Virus record (IMG/VR): IMGVR_UViG_3300044267_004151 | Location: 1 to 27,690 of that record | DNA: 27,690 nt | Strand: one strand, 5' to 3' | DNA from: a virus | Lineage: Duplodnaviria; Caudoviricetes | In this document: piece after piece, positions 1 to 9,041 of the stretch | Layout of the letters: the number at the start of each line of letters is the position of its first letter | How positions within the stretch are numbered: position 1 is the first letter of the stretch | Notes under the pieces: generated by a model | The model's database searches: none | Seen by the model: only the letters and a program-made list of their open reading frames with translations | Told to the model about the DNA's origin: nothing | Position numbers and translations under genes: made by a program

Positions 1-27
1 CATAGATCATTCCAAGAGCACCAGTAA
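1..27 (+). repeat. 27-bp direct terminal repeat, left copy (circular assembly overlap)
   Basis: CATAGATCATTCCAAGAGCACCAGTAA at 1-27 is identical to 27663-27689. Confidence 0.95.
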
Positions 28-679
28 CAACTGGGTTCTGTGCATCTCCACGATTTAATGCGTGAGAGAATGATGTAGATTGTAATAACAACGAATAATA
101 TGAAGGTGAGCAATATAAAAATAAGTCACCATCAGTAATATCAACATCAGAAGCAATCAAATCTGCTATTGCATTTTGTACCCCAGTTTCTGCTTGAGCA
201 ACAGTCAAAGCACCTGCACCAGTAGAGCCAGTATCCACAGTGTTTGTTGTTGTCATCAACTCAGTTAATACTGCGTCATTAAAATGTTTACCAATAGCAT
301 TACCCATTGAACGAGCAAATCCATCAAAAACATCAAATGAAGATTGAACTGCTACCATATCAGCAATTCTTTTACCAACAGCAGGCTGTTGATTGCAAGT
401 AATCAAACCCTCTGCATCTGTATCATTTGAAAATGTAACACCAGTATCAATCTCATTTCCACTATCAGTCTTTTGACCAGTATAGTTATTAGCAGTTTCT
501 GCATTTAATATTGGAACATTAATTTTCTCACCTTTCTGACCACCAGCAAGTGAGGAAAAATCCATAATGTTATTTCTTATTTCATATTGTCTTTCAGCAT
601 AACCAAGAACTGCTTCAGTCCAGAGTTCTTGAAGAAAACTGGTCTGCGTTTGGTTCTGAACAGTAGTATTATTAGCCAT
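1..679 (-). CDS. Major capsid protein (HK97 fold), N-terminal 226 codons; continues across the circular junction into 27662..27436 (about 301 aa total)
   Basis: Absent from the ORF track. ATG at 679 with AGAGGT RBS. Open frame MANNTTVQNQTQTSFLQELWTEAVLGY...GEKINVP...VTGALGMIY runs to base 1. ELW and G-x-x-I-x-V-P motifs are typical of phage capsid proteins. Directly follows the scaffold gene. Confidence 0.9.
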   Translation of the reverse strand, partial: MANNTTVQNQTQTSFLQELWTEAVLGYAERQYEIRNNIMDFSSLAGGQKGEKINVPILNAETANNYTGQKTDSGNEIDTGVTFSNDTDAEGLITCNQQPAVGKRIADMVAVQSSFDVFDGFARSMGNAIGKHFNDAVLTELMTTTNTVDTGSTGAGALTVAQAETGVQNAIADLIASDVDITDGDLFLYCSPSYYSLLLQSTSFSHALNRGDAQNPVVTGALGMIY

Positions 680-695
680 TTAAAATTACCTCTTT

Positions 696-1253
696 CTAAT
701 TTTTTTGCGATTTAATAAAATCAGACCACTTTTTTTGCCTTTGATGAGAACCCATTTCTTTTACTCCTTTCTTAAAGGAATTAATTGAAGGGTCTTCAAA
801 TTGTCTCGCACTTGGTTTAGTACTATCAACTGGAACTGATTTTTCTTTTATTGTAAGTCTTTGTGCTACCTTCTTTAATTGAGCAGTAGGTAGGTCACCA
901 AATTCCTCTTTATCTTCATCCGTCATTGTGGACAATATGTCCTCACGGATTGATGCCTTTAGAGATTGAAGTTCTTCATCTGATTGTTGCAACTTTTCTA
1001 TTTTAGAAGATTGTTCAGCAATAATCTCTTTATGCCTTCCTTCTTCTTCTAACTTTTTTTGTTTTCTAAGTCTTTCAGAATCTTGATATTCTTTCAATTT
1101 CGCTTCTGCATCTTGTGCCCTTTGTCTATACTTTTTGCTTTCTGCAATATACTTCGCATTCTCTGTGCGATTATCAGTTTCGGGCATTTCTGATAAAGTC
1201 TTTTCAGTACTATCCACGTCTGTTTCATTTACTGAATTTTGTTCTTCGGACAT
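696..1253 (-). CDS. Capsid scaffolding protein
   Basis: Highly charged coiled coil (ESKKYRQRAQDAEAKL...KKLEEEG), acidic N-terminus, immediately upstream of the capsid gene, AAGGAGG RBS. Confidence 0.8.
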   Translation of the reverse strand: MSEEQNSVNETDVDSTEKTLSEMPETDNRTENAKYIAESKKYRQRAQDAEAKLKEYQDSERLRKQKKLEEEGRHKEIIAEQSSKIEKLQQSDEELQSLKASIREDILSTMTDEDKEEFGDLPTAQLKKVAQRLTIKEKSVPVDSTKPSARQFEDPSINSFKKGVKEMGSHQRQKKWSDFIKSQKN

Positions 1254-1287
1254 CTGTCCTCCTTATTTAATTAATGATTACAGATGT

Positions 1288-1335
1288 ATTTTATTAAGGG
1301 TAGGGTATCAAATATTAGTTACTTATCGGTAACCT
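1288..1335 (-). promoter_or_regulatory. Putative activator-dependent late promoter, copy 1 (drives scaffold and capsid)
   Basis: 24-bp box at 1312-1335 is identical to 7824-7847 and contains the dyad GTTAC-N6-GTAAC. A TAAAAT -10 hexamer lies 18 nt downstream on the minus strand (1293-1288). Confidence 0.75.
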
Positions 1336-1369
1336 AAAATATTAAGAACTCTATTCGATTGTATGTTAT

Positions 1370-1573
1370 TTAATTTGTTGGATTGTTGTAGCAGTCGCGT
1401 ATTGCGTCATATAATATAAACATCCAATTGAATGAACCGGTAATGATATCATAAGTCCTAACTTGTCCAGTTCTTATATACTCCCTAGATTCTGCAGAAA
1501 AAAACCAACTATAAAGGCAAGCCATATATCCCACAAAATAGATTGCAACAAGACCAGATATAAAAACCTTCAT
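1370..1573 (-). CDS. Small membrane protein, function unknown
   Basis: Hydrophobic N-terminal helix; ATGA overlap with the upstream gene. Confidence 0.6.
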   Translation of the reverse strand: MKVFISGLVAIYFVGYMACLYSWFFSAESREYIRTGQVRTYDIITGSFNWMFILYDAIRDCYNNPTN

Positions 1574-2019
1574 ACCCTAAATGACATTCGTGTAGTCTTG
1601 TTCAGTCTTTTCATATTGGTTTTTAAATTAATACCAACTTGCTTATCAACAAGAGTTTCAACCTCTTTCGGTATTTCCTTATCATTAAATATGATTCTCC
1701 CAAGTTTCATATTATTAATTACCTTATTGAGATTTTCACCGGCTTGAAGCCATCCGACCCAAACACCCTTACCTCTCTGGACAACTGCTTGAAGGTCTGC
1801 CCACATTTCGCCAGTCAAAGTTAAATCAACTTTTGCAGTCTGCCTTGAAACTTGCCTTGGTATTTTTCCGGCTCCTTTTTTTTGTATATATTTTTTACTT
1901 TTATATTTCCCGAAAGGTTTTATCCCCTTGAATTTCTTTTGCCCTAATGTTCTTAATTTTTGGACAACCTCGTTTCCAAGTTTATACCAGAATGCGTTTG
2001 TTGGTAAGATGTTAGCCAT
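1570..2019 (-). CDS. Putative neck/tail-completion (virion morphogenesis) protein
   Basis: Basic protein with YxxKY..KK and VDLTLTGEM motifs, resembling Mu gpG/HK97 gp10-like proteins; follows the head morphogenesis gene. Confidence 0.55.
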   Translation of the reverse strand: MANILPTNAFWYKLGNEVVQKLRTLGQKKFKGIKPFGKYKSKKYIQKKGAGKIPRQVSRQTAKVDLTLTGEMWADLQAVVQRGKGVWVGWLQAGENLNKVINNMKLGRIIFNDKEIPKEVETLVDKQVGINLKTNMKRLNKTTRMSFRV

Positions 2020-2801
2020 TAATTTGCCTTATTTTCATATAGTTCTTGTAATGTATAAGGAAGGTATTTATCTCCCCTATCATCAATTAATTTATTTGCT
2101 TTCTTGCCTTCCCATAAATCCCTTGAAGATGATGTAACCGGTTCCCATTGATGCCTACAATTATATCCCCCACCATCTCTGAACGCACCGGGGAATTGCT
2201 TATCTATTTCCTTTATTGTTAATTGGCCTGCCTTTAATTGTTCTAGACATACATCCCTTGTCTTACCATCAGCCGGACCATAATAAAAGAATTTTTGCTC
2301 ATCCGGTGCAAAGTCTGCCTGCAATCTTATAACTGAGCGTCTAAATGTACTCATCGCAGTAGTTACAAGAGTTGTTAAATTTCCCCTACTTATATTTGGA
2401 AGATTAACGATAGAATTTACTATCATATCTCTTGTCATACCACCTACTAGACCTTGTATTACAGATGTCCTAACAGTATTACCGAGCATACCTGCATTCT
2501 GAAGAAATGTTGCTTGTTCAAAGTCTAATAATGATTCAAGCATATTTTCAGATATAGGTGCGTAATATGGAGTATCCTTGAGTAATGCTTGATATTTTGT
2601 AATTAAGTTTCCAACAGTACTCTGGTAACCCATTTCATTCAATATATATGTTTCCATATTAATATTGGACATAATAGAAAGAAACTCCTCTCTATCAAAT
2701 TGGTTGTGCATCTCTATAATAGATTCAGCCAACCTAACCATCATATTGTTTACTTCAGTTGCGTATTGGCTTGCAACTCTATCAATAGCATTGTAATCCA
2801 T
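2019..2801 (-). CDS. Head morphogenesis / minor capsid protein (SPP1 gp7 / Mu gpF-like)
   Basis: Follows the portal gene; YYGPADGKTRDVC and GGYNCRH motifs. Confidence 0.8.
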   Translation of the reverse strand: MDYNAIDRVASQYATEVNNMMVRLAESIIEMHNQFDREEFLSIMSNINMETYILNEMGYQSTVGNLITKYQALLKDTPYYAPISENMLESLLDFEQATFLQNAGMLGNTVRTSVIQGLVGGMTRDMIVNSIVNLPNISRGNLTTLVTTAMSTFRRSVIRLQADFAPDEQKFFYYGPADGKTRDVCLEQLKAGQLTIKEIDKQFPGAFRDGGGYNCRHQWEPVTSSSRDLWEGKKANKLIDDRGDKYLPYTLQELYENKAN

Positions 2802-4102
2802 TACTCACTCCTTAAAGCATCAAGAAGTGTTGAGCCGGCAGTCTTTGGCTTTCTTTCCTCTAAATAAGCAATCGCATCCTCTCTTGTCATATCTGGATTT
2901 CTTTCTTGTAATATATCAGCAAGGTCTTTAATACCCATTTCTAAATCATCCTTTTCTAATGCTCTTTTTTCTGTAGGTGTATATACTTCTTCCATTTCGC
3001 CAAAATCTACATTTTCTAATTCACCAATATCATAGTTCTTATGAAACTTGATTAACATCCTTTCCATTTCGTGTAATTCGTGTTCAAATGCTCTCCATCT
3101 AGAAATATCTTGCTTTCGCTTATCTCTTAATTCAACATTTCTAATTGCTAACGATATTCCAGAACTTGCTTGTTCGGATTCATCAACAAATGATGTTGAA
3201 AGATGGTAATTTTGTGCTAACATTTTATACATAGACCTAATAGAAGAATCTATACTTTGCGAAGTATCCGGAGGTGTCAATATTTCTAAAGATGAATCAA
3301 TTTCTATTCTAGTTATAATGTCCGGTGCTATTGCTAAATGATCATTCTGCATTTCACCTTTTGCAACCAAATACCCGAAAGATTGGAATTTTTGATTCTG
3401 ATGCTTTGTTGTCATTAAATCAATTATTTTTAAATGCCCTCTAATTAGGTCTTGTGAAGCAGTTGTATCCAGATAGAAGGTATCTGGTCTGCCATCACGA
3501 AATACGGGGATTAAAGGCATTTTTTCGTAGAAATTCAACCCTTCTGGATTGTATTCGTCAAACATTTTTTGATTACTATTAATTTTAAATTGAAATGCTT
3601 CTGAATCAGACCAATATTGCCAAGTTTCTTCACTGTCATCATATACACTTGACCTAGTAGCAAGAGGGAAAGAAAACGCAGTAGGCTTTAATGGATCATC
3701 ACCTTCAAATTCCGGCTCAAAATCATATATAATATCATACTCTACTCTATCATTCCTCCAACAAGGTTTAATTATAACAAGTTCCAAAAGATTGACAAGT
3801 CTTTCAAATCTTTGTAGGCGATGATTTTTATTTGGGTGTAAGTATTCTTCATACTTTGAACTTGCCACTGTTCTTTTTGGTGGTTCCATATAGCATAAGG
3901 AAATTCTATCTATAACTCTTTTAGTAATGTTACTTGAACAGGGTGTCATCTTATCAGACTTTGAACCAATGTATTCACCCATTACATATTCATCTGTATT
4001 GCCGTTATAATAATCCAATGCTTCCAACCTTTTTTGTAGCCATACTTCCTTTTCTTGTTGTTGTGCATCGTGTCTGCTTTTTAGTACGATTGATTTGCTC
4101 AT
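2801..4102 (-). CDS. Portal protein (SPP1 gp6-like)
   Basis: 433 aa directly after TerL; LDYYNG, NITKRVID and ASSGISL motifs. Confidence 0.88.
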   Translation of the reverse strand: MSKSIVLKSRHDAQQQEKEVWLQKRLEALDYYNGNTDEYVMGEYIGSKSDKMTPCSSNITKRVIDRISLCYMEPPKRTVASSKYEEYLHPNKNHRLQRFERLVNLLELVIIKPCWRNDRVEYDIIYDFEPEFEGDDPLKPTAFSFPLATRSSVYDDSEETWQYWSDSEAFQFKINSNQKMFDEYNPEGLNFYEKMPLIPVFRDGRPDTFYLDTTASQDLIRGHLKIIDLMTTKHQNQKFQSFGYLVAKGEMQNDHLAIAPDIITRIEIDSSLEILTPPDTSQSIDSSIRSMYKMLAQNYHLSTSFVDESEQASSGISLAIRNVELRDKRKQDISRWRAFEHELHEMERMLIKFHKNYDIGELENVDFGEMEEVYTPTEKRALEKDDLEMGIKDLADILQERNPDMTREDAIAYLEERKPKTAGSTLLDALRSE

Positions 4103-5355
4103 CTCGGTAATGCCCTCACATTATTTTTATGGATTCTTGATTTAAACATAGACCAAACGGAATATCCAAATCCGTCTGATGCGTGTGTTAATTCTTTGTT
4201 ACTCTTGTCTATATCTGCTCTCGTTCCTTCCCGATTTATAACTTGCTCAAAATCCTTAATTAATACCTTACATTTGGGATCAACTATTGTACTTCTAAGC
4301 ATTCTATTTGTTAAATTAACTCTTTCAATTACTGGTATTGCTCTCCTCTCTGCTCTTACATCAAAACCTTCATCTCTTAATATTTGGTGGTCTGACCTCC
4401 TAGAACTTGTAGACCTATTCCGACCAGCAGGGTCTGGTATACAGATATACTGATTGTTCGGATATCTTGATTTTATTTCTCTCGCCATTCTTTCTGTCAA
4501 GAGTTCCCCTTCCCCTGCGTGACGCAACACGACCTCGTCAATGACACGAATTTTGGGATCATTATTGTATTGTTGCCATAGTATTGATACACTAGGGGAA
4601 ACATTGAAGTCTTGTCCAATGACAATGGGTAATTCAGAATTATACTTATTTTTTTTGACATAATCTCTATTCCACATATAGTATGTTTGTTGTGAACCGA
4701 ATATATGACAGAACTCCCCATTTAAATATGCCTTCTGGAGTTGTTCATCATAATTCATTTTTAAACTTTCAATAAACTCTGAAGGCAACGACTTGTTATC
4801 CATTGTCCTTCCTTGGATTAATTCATACCCATCTTTGGGGTCTGATTTCCAAGTTTCATACACCCAACCAAAACCCTCCGGAGTGGTTGTTATGAATGCT
4901 TGTAAACTATTACCTTCCCTCAACCTTGATAACAACATAAACCAAGCACTGTTATCTTTAAGTAAATCTGCTTCATCTAATCCTCCGGCACTAAGATTCA
5001 AGCCTGCCCACCTTCTATTGTTTTCTGCTGACCTTAAAATTATATCAGCATACCCAAACTCTCCCTCTCCCCATCTTACAGTATACCTTAAATCAGAAGC
5101 AGTATAATCAAAATCCCAGTTTGCTTCCTCTAACATTTTTTCAAGTGTTGGTTGAAGCACATCCTTAATCATTGGGTAGGTTGGTTCTGCTAGTAATATC
5201 AACCCTCCCGGATTTAAACCACACTGACGCATACCCATTAGAACGAAAGCAGTAGTTTTCCCACTCCCATATCCGGCAACCAGAGCAGGATACTTCGCAT
5301 TTGATCTTATAAAAAGATTCTGATGCTTGTATACATTAAATCTCGTTGAGTTCAA
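4099..5355 (-). CDS. terL: Terminase large subunit
   Basis: Walker A AGYGSGKT, Walker B GLDEA, motif III TTTPEG, nuclease motifs GQDFN and HASDGFGY. Confidence 0.96.
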   Translation of the reverse strand: MNSTRFNVYKHQNLFIRSNAKYPALVAGYGSGKTTAFVLMGMRQCGLNPGGLILLAEPTYPMIKDVLQPTLEKMLEEANWDFDYTASDLRYTVRWGEGEFGYADIILRSAENNRRWAGLNLSAGGLDEADLLKDNSAWFMLLSRLREGNSLQAFITTTPEGFGWVYETWKSDPKDGYELIQGRTMDNKSLPSEFIESLKMNYDEQLQKAYLNGEFCHIFGSQQTYYMWNRDYVKKNKYNSELPIVIGQDFNVSPSVSILWQQYNNDPKIRVIDEVVLRHAGEGELLTERMAREIKSRYPNNQYICIPDPAGRNRSTSSRRSDHQILRDEGFDVRAERRAIPVIERVNLTNRMLRSTIVDPKCKVLIKDFEQVINREGTRADIDKSNKELTHASDGFGYSVWSMFKSRIHKNNVRALPR

Positions 5356-5659
5356 ATCCTATTGGTCGTTCTTTTGTAGTCGTTTCAATTTTCTGTGCCG
5401 GCCTACCTTCCATTCGGTCTGCAATAAACTGAACTGCCCACGACCTACCCTCTAATGCGTAAGAATATACCATTCTCATTACTACTTCAAGTTTTGGGAT
5501 TCCATCCTTTGTACCTTCTTCTTCCCCTATCTTTCTCAAGATATCTGGAATAGACTTAACTCCCTTCGGTCTACCCTTTCCTACTGAAGCAGTATTTCCG
5601 GCTACAAACCTTCCATTTGAACTCCGATTACTTCCGTTTTTAATCGGCTCTTTACTCAT
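5336..5659 (-). CDS. terS: Terminase small subunit (DUF5681-like); start likely at 5659 rather than 5722
   Basis: MSKEP...NGRFVAGN...GRPKG and DRMEGRP motifs; upstream of TerL. The ATG at 5659 overlaps the end of the TET gene. Confidence 0.75.
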   Translation of the reverse strand: MSKEPIKNGSNRSSNGRFVAGNTASVGKGRPKGVKSIPDILRKIGEEEGTKDGIPKLEVVMRMVYSYALEGRSWAVQFIADRMEGRPAQKIETTTKERPIGFELNEI

Positions 5660-6455
5660 ACTTTTCAAATCCTTTGACTGCATAAAATATATGCGTATTT
5701 CTAAACGACCTATCATCATCAAGATAAATTGGCGTAACTCCGTGTATATTCCTCCAAGCCGGATACACGCATAAGGAATTGTCAGACATTTCTATTGTAG
5801 CATTATAATCCGGTATATGTAAATGTCCACCTTTGGAGTTCAATCTTTTTGTAAAAATCATATTTAATGCACCCTTAATATTACCTCTATCAAGATGGAA
5901 GGGTGCTGATATATTATAATTTGATATACTTCCAGTAAATAAATTTGCAAACCTCCATTTACTCGGTACTTTATCTATTAATCTTTTTTGTTCTTTATAT
6001 GCTTCCGGCATTAATTTTTTAATAATTTTTTCACCTTCCAAGCAAGCCATTAACATACCTTTAATATAATTCTTAGACTTTGCTTCTTGATGAACTGCAC
6101 TCCGTCTTGGGAAAAATCTTTTCATATGGGGTTTTGCCATTATACTTCCCAATATTGTACTCATCTGAATTGTCTGTGTAGCCTTTGCTTGTTTTCTTGT
6201 CAATCCTTCTTTATACACTGCTGAGAATACATCGCTTCTTTCTAATAAAGATTTTGGAACATTTTTACTACGAAACTCTATATCTATCAAATCCAATAAC
6301 TTTCTTAATTTACCTTTTAAGTTTGTCTTATAAAATCCAATAATATTTCCATTTTCTGTAAAGTAAGTATCATCTACTATATTGGGTGTAAAATGTTCAC
6401 ACCGGTTTCCAACTTTGTATGGATGTTTAATATTTTTTAATTCAAGCGATTTCAT
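5652..6455 (-). CDS. TET/JBP-family 2OG-Fe(II) dioxygenase
   Basis: FTGSISNYN, HxD motif (PFHLDRGN), GG-x-L, HGVTP distal His and R-x5-Y (RNTHIFY) 2OG-binding strand; adjacent to a glycosyltransferase. Confidence 0.85.
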   Translation of the reverse strand: MKSLELKNIKHPYKVGNRCEHFTPNIVDDTYFTENGNIIGFYKTNLKGKLRKLLDLIDIEFRSKNVPKSLLERSDVFSAVYKEGLTRKQAKATQTIQMSTILGSIMAKPHMKRFFPRRSAVHQEAKSKNYIKGMLMACLEGEKIIKKLMPEAYKEQKRLIDKVPSKWRFANLFTGSISNYNISAPFHLDRGNIKGALNMIFTKRLNSKGGHLHIPDYNATIEMSDNSLCVYPAWRNIHGVTPIYLDDDRSFRNTHIFYAVKGFEKYE

Positions 6456-7194
6456 TTACTTTTTTATTATAATAATTTGCTATACCTTTTATATCAACCT
6501 TTGTGTCTATTCTTCCACTCTTTTTGATTAGCCTTGTGTATGGTCGCCATTCTTTATGTAGCCTTTCAGCATAGACTGCATCAGTTTTGTTTTTATATAA
6601 ATCAAACAATCCTCCCTTATTGCTACCAACATTTGGACATCTGAACCAATACTTATTAAACCTCATTACTCCGTGACCATTCTTAATTGTTTTTAATGTA
6701 AAATTTCTATCTGACTTTAATTTCCAGTCGCCAAAATCCCAAGAAATGTTTTCCAAGTCTAGCATTACACAACAATCAACGAATTTACTATTAATTGAAT
6801 ATCTATTTTTTTCACTCCAAGCAAACTGACAATAATTTATACCGTATAATTCAAATGGTAATTTCTGTGCTTTTAAATAAATATCCTCCCATATCTCAGC
6901 ACCAGTTGTTATGCTTTTCCCATCCTTAACTATTCCAAAGTTCTGTATATCATCATCTGAAATAATTACCCATTTATAATTGTTATTTTTTGACCAATCC
7001 ATTACATAATTTCTCATATATGATATGCCTTGATCATTTTTATCTATAGAAACTTTATTGGGAACCTCATATTCCTTATACTCTTGTGGCTCTATAAAAT
7101 GATGTACTGGGAACAGACCTTCAAACAATTTGTATGTTCTTGTTTTTTTTCTATTTTTTGTTCCTATACAGACAACTATATCACTACCGACCAT
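6442..7194 (-). CDS. TET-associated glycosyltransferase (TAGT / GREB1-like GT-A fold)
   Basis: I-x-T-K-x-R N-terminus, EPQEY..Y, G...RN, DDD metal-binding motif and GSNKGG; between the ParB-N and TET genes. Confidence 0.8.
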   Translation of the reverse strand: MVGSDIVVCIGTKNRKKTRTYKLFEGLFPVHHFIEPQEYKEYEVPNKVSIDKNDQGISYMRNYVMDWSKNNNYKWVIISDDDIQNFGIVKDGKSITTGAEIWEDIYLKAQKLPFELYGINYCQFAWSEKNRYSINSKFVDCCVMLDLENISWDFGDWKLKSDRNFTLKTIKNGHGVMRFNKYWFRCPNVGSNKGGLFDLYKNKTDAVYAERLHKEWRPYTRLIKKSGRIDTKVDIKGIANYYNKKVNEIA

Positions 7195-7195
7195 A

Positions 7196-7789
7196 CTACT
7201 TCTCTTTCAATTTCTGTTTGAAAAATCTTAAAACCTCTCCACCCATATATCCAAATTTACCATTCAAAGTTTGATATATTTTTACTGCTTCATCATAATC
7301 TTCTAAATTAAATTCTACTAATATTGATTTTCTTGTTCCTTTACGCATATCATCCACCAAATCAGAAACATCATCATCTTCTAAAATTGAATAATCAACC
7401 TCATCAAACAATCCAAGTAATGACTTTTCACTAAATCCCCAGTCTTTTAATTCTTCTACATCAAAAAAATTAGCAAGAGCATCATAATCCCATCCACCAA
7501 TATTCTTATTTAACCTTATATTCAATTCCTTTTCTTTCTCAAGGGATAGATTGACCTCCACACAAGGAACAGTATCTATCTTTAAATCTTTTGCAACTAA
7601 CAATCTTTGATGACCACCCACAACAATATTCTTTCTTTCATTGTGGCGATTCACTATTATTGGATCAACAAGCCCGAATCGCTTAATGCTATCCTTTAAT
7701 TGATTGTACTGTTCTTTCGTTAATTGCCTTGGATTGTATTCGGCAGATATTAGGTCTTTTGATAGATATTGGACTATTTTCATATTCAT
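7196..7789 (-). CDS. ParB/Srx N-terminal-domain protein
   Basis: YNPRQ, LKDSIKRFGLVDPIIVN, GGHQR, LNIRLNK and G.WD motifs. Confidence 0.9.
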   Translation of the reverse strand: MNMKIVQYLSKDLISAEYNPRQLTKEQYNQLKDSIKRFGLVDPIIVNRHNERKNIVVGGHQRLLVAKDLKIDTVPCVEVNLSLEKEKELNIRLNKNIGGWDYDALANFFDVEELKDWGFSEKSLLGLFDEVDYSILEDDDVSDLVDDMRKGTRKSILVEFNLEDYDEAVKIYQTLNGKFGYMGGEVLRFFKQKLKEK

Positions 7790-7799
7790 TTTTACCTCG

Positions 7800-7847
7800 A
7801 TTTTAATAATATGTTGTGTTATGATATTAGTTACTTATCGGTAACCT
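7800..7847 (-). promoter_or_regulatory. Putative activator-dependent late promoter, copy 2 (drives the ParB-GT-TET-terminase operon)
   Basis: Same 24-bp box (7824-7847) with TAAAAT 18 nt downstream (7805-7800). Confidence 0.75.
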
Positions 7848-7854
7848 TACTTAA

Positions 7855-8142
7855 TTACTTAAATTTTGTATTATCAGATATTATTCTTTTGATATTTTCT
7901 TCTGATGTGTGATACAATTCTTTTATATACTTTATTTTTTTATCAAATGAAAACTCAAAGTGTGACATAGTCTCCCACCTAATTCTAATATCCATATTTC
8001 TTATACTTATTTCATCATTATTCCTAAAGGGGTAATACGGCACTTGTGGAATTAATCTAATATTTTTTAATTCCATTTCATTCTCAACATCCAACCAGAC
8101 CAGAGGTTTCTTTATTTTTTTCATAGATTCTCCATTATTCAA
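7855..8142 (-). CDS. Putative Mor/C-like late transcription activator
   Basis: IRNMDIR...IKELYHTSEENIKRII resembles the Mor-family C-terminal HTH. It is the last early gene and abuts the dyad box. Confidence 0.55.
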   Translation of the reverse strand: MNNGESMKKIKKPLVWLDVENEMELKNIRLIPQVPYYPFRNNDEISIRNMDIRIRWETMSHFEFSFDKKIKYIKELYHTSEENIKRIISDNTKFK

Positions 8143-8186
8143 TTATCCTCTCCCCAGTTTTTCTATTTACTCTAACGAACATTAAT

Positions 8187-8381
8187 TCAATCTCCCAATC
8201 GTCTGAAAACACTCGTTCCGGCTTCTCTTTTAAGACATTTTTTACACAAAGCCTTCCAGATTTTTGGAACATACTCTGGAACATACTGAGGACTTTGGTA
8301 AGTATATTGGTCCGTTTTTTTTGTTGAGCCACATTGTTCACAAGTAAATAATTTTTTCCCTAAATTTTTTGCAAAGTTCAC
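8187..8381 (-). CDS. Small zinc-ribbon protein
   Basis: CEQC and CKKC pairs; GTG start. Confidence 0.65.
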   Translation of the reverse strand: MNFAKNLGKKLFTCEQCGSTKKTDQYTYQSPQYVPEYVPKIWKALCKKCLKREAGTSVFRRLGD

Positions 8382-8528
8382 CTTCTATCACCGATAGATT
8401 TTAATTGTGTCCGTCATATATCCTTGGTGAGTTTATGCTCTCTCTTTTCTTCTAACAGTTCAGCCAATAAACTCTCAGCAATACTTTGCCAATCTATAAT
8501 ACTTTTATTCCTAATACAACTACCTTTA

Positions 8529-9041
8529 CTATTCTACTTCTTTAAGATATTTTTGAATAGACTTAGTATAAATCAGTACCTTTTCTAAATTACTATTACG
8601 CTTAACACTTTTCAATTGCCCAGTATTTATTCTTCTTTTTATTGTTGATGCAGACAATCCTAAAACCATTGTTGCTTCAGTTAGTGTTAATACCGGTCTA
8701 TCCATTAAATTATATCCAAAACTTCGGCTAGTGCTACTTCGTTTCTCGGTATCCATAGTCCGACCACTAGCCTTGCTTCCCGAATTACGGGATTCCAAAT
8801 CTAACCGATCACAGAGTTCAGCAAATTTTCTATCAAGCCGTATACATACATACTCAAGTTTGTCAACTTTATTAGAATATTCACCAATTATTGCTTCCCA
8901 TTCAACTGGAGGATGCGAGTTTTCTTCTAAATTTATAATTCTTTCTTTTAATGTTTCTATTTCCTTTACTCTTTCTTTTAATATTTCTAAAATCTTAGGG
9001 ATGTAGGTAAATACTTCTTCAACTTGACTAAATGTTGCCAT
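8529..9041 (-). CDS. Coiled-coil protein with a C-terminal HTH_17 (excisionase/MerR-like) DNA-binding domain
   Basis: LTLTEATMVLGLSASTIKRRINTGQLKS. Confidence 0.75.
   Translation of the reverse strand: MATFSQVEEVFTYIPKILEILKERVKEIETLKERIINLEENSHPPVEWEAIIGEYSNKVDKLEYVCIRLDRKFAELCDRLDLESRNSGSKASGRTMDTEKRSSTSRSFGYNLMDRPVLTLTEATMVLGLSASTIKRRINTGQLKSVKRNSNLEKVLIYTKSIQKYLKEVE

Noticed and set aside
1-27. Biological terminal repeat or att site
   Set aside because: It falls mid-capsid gene and has k-mer-like length, so an assembly overlap is the best explanation.
7196-7789. Plasmid-prophage partition system
   Set aside because: No ParA and no HTH domain; the context is DNA modification and packaging.
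8135-8341. 68-aa minus-strand ORF (likewise 4497..4721, 16574..16765 and 21346..21534)
   Set aside because: Alternate-frame overlaps of better-supported genes.
8380-8530. Coding-like frame IDWQSIAESLLAELLEEK... with an internal TGA (possible stop-codon recoding)
   Set aside because: No canonical start, and TGA, TAG and TAA all act as normal stops elsewhere; at most a decayed gene.
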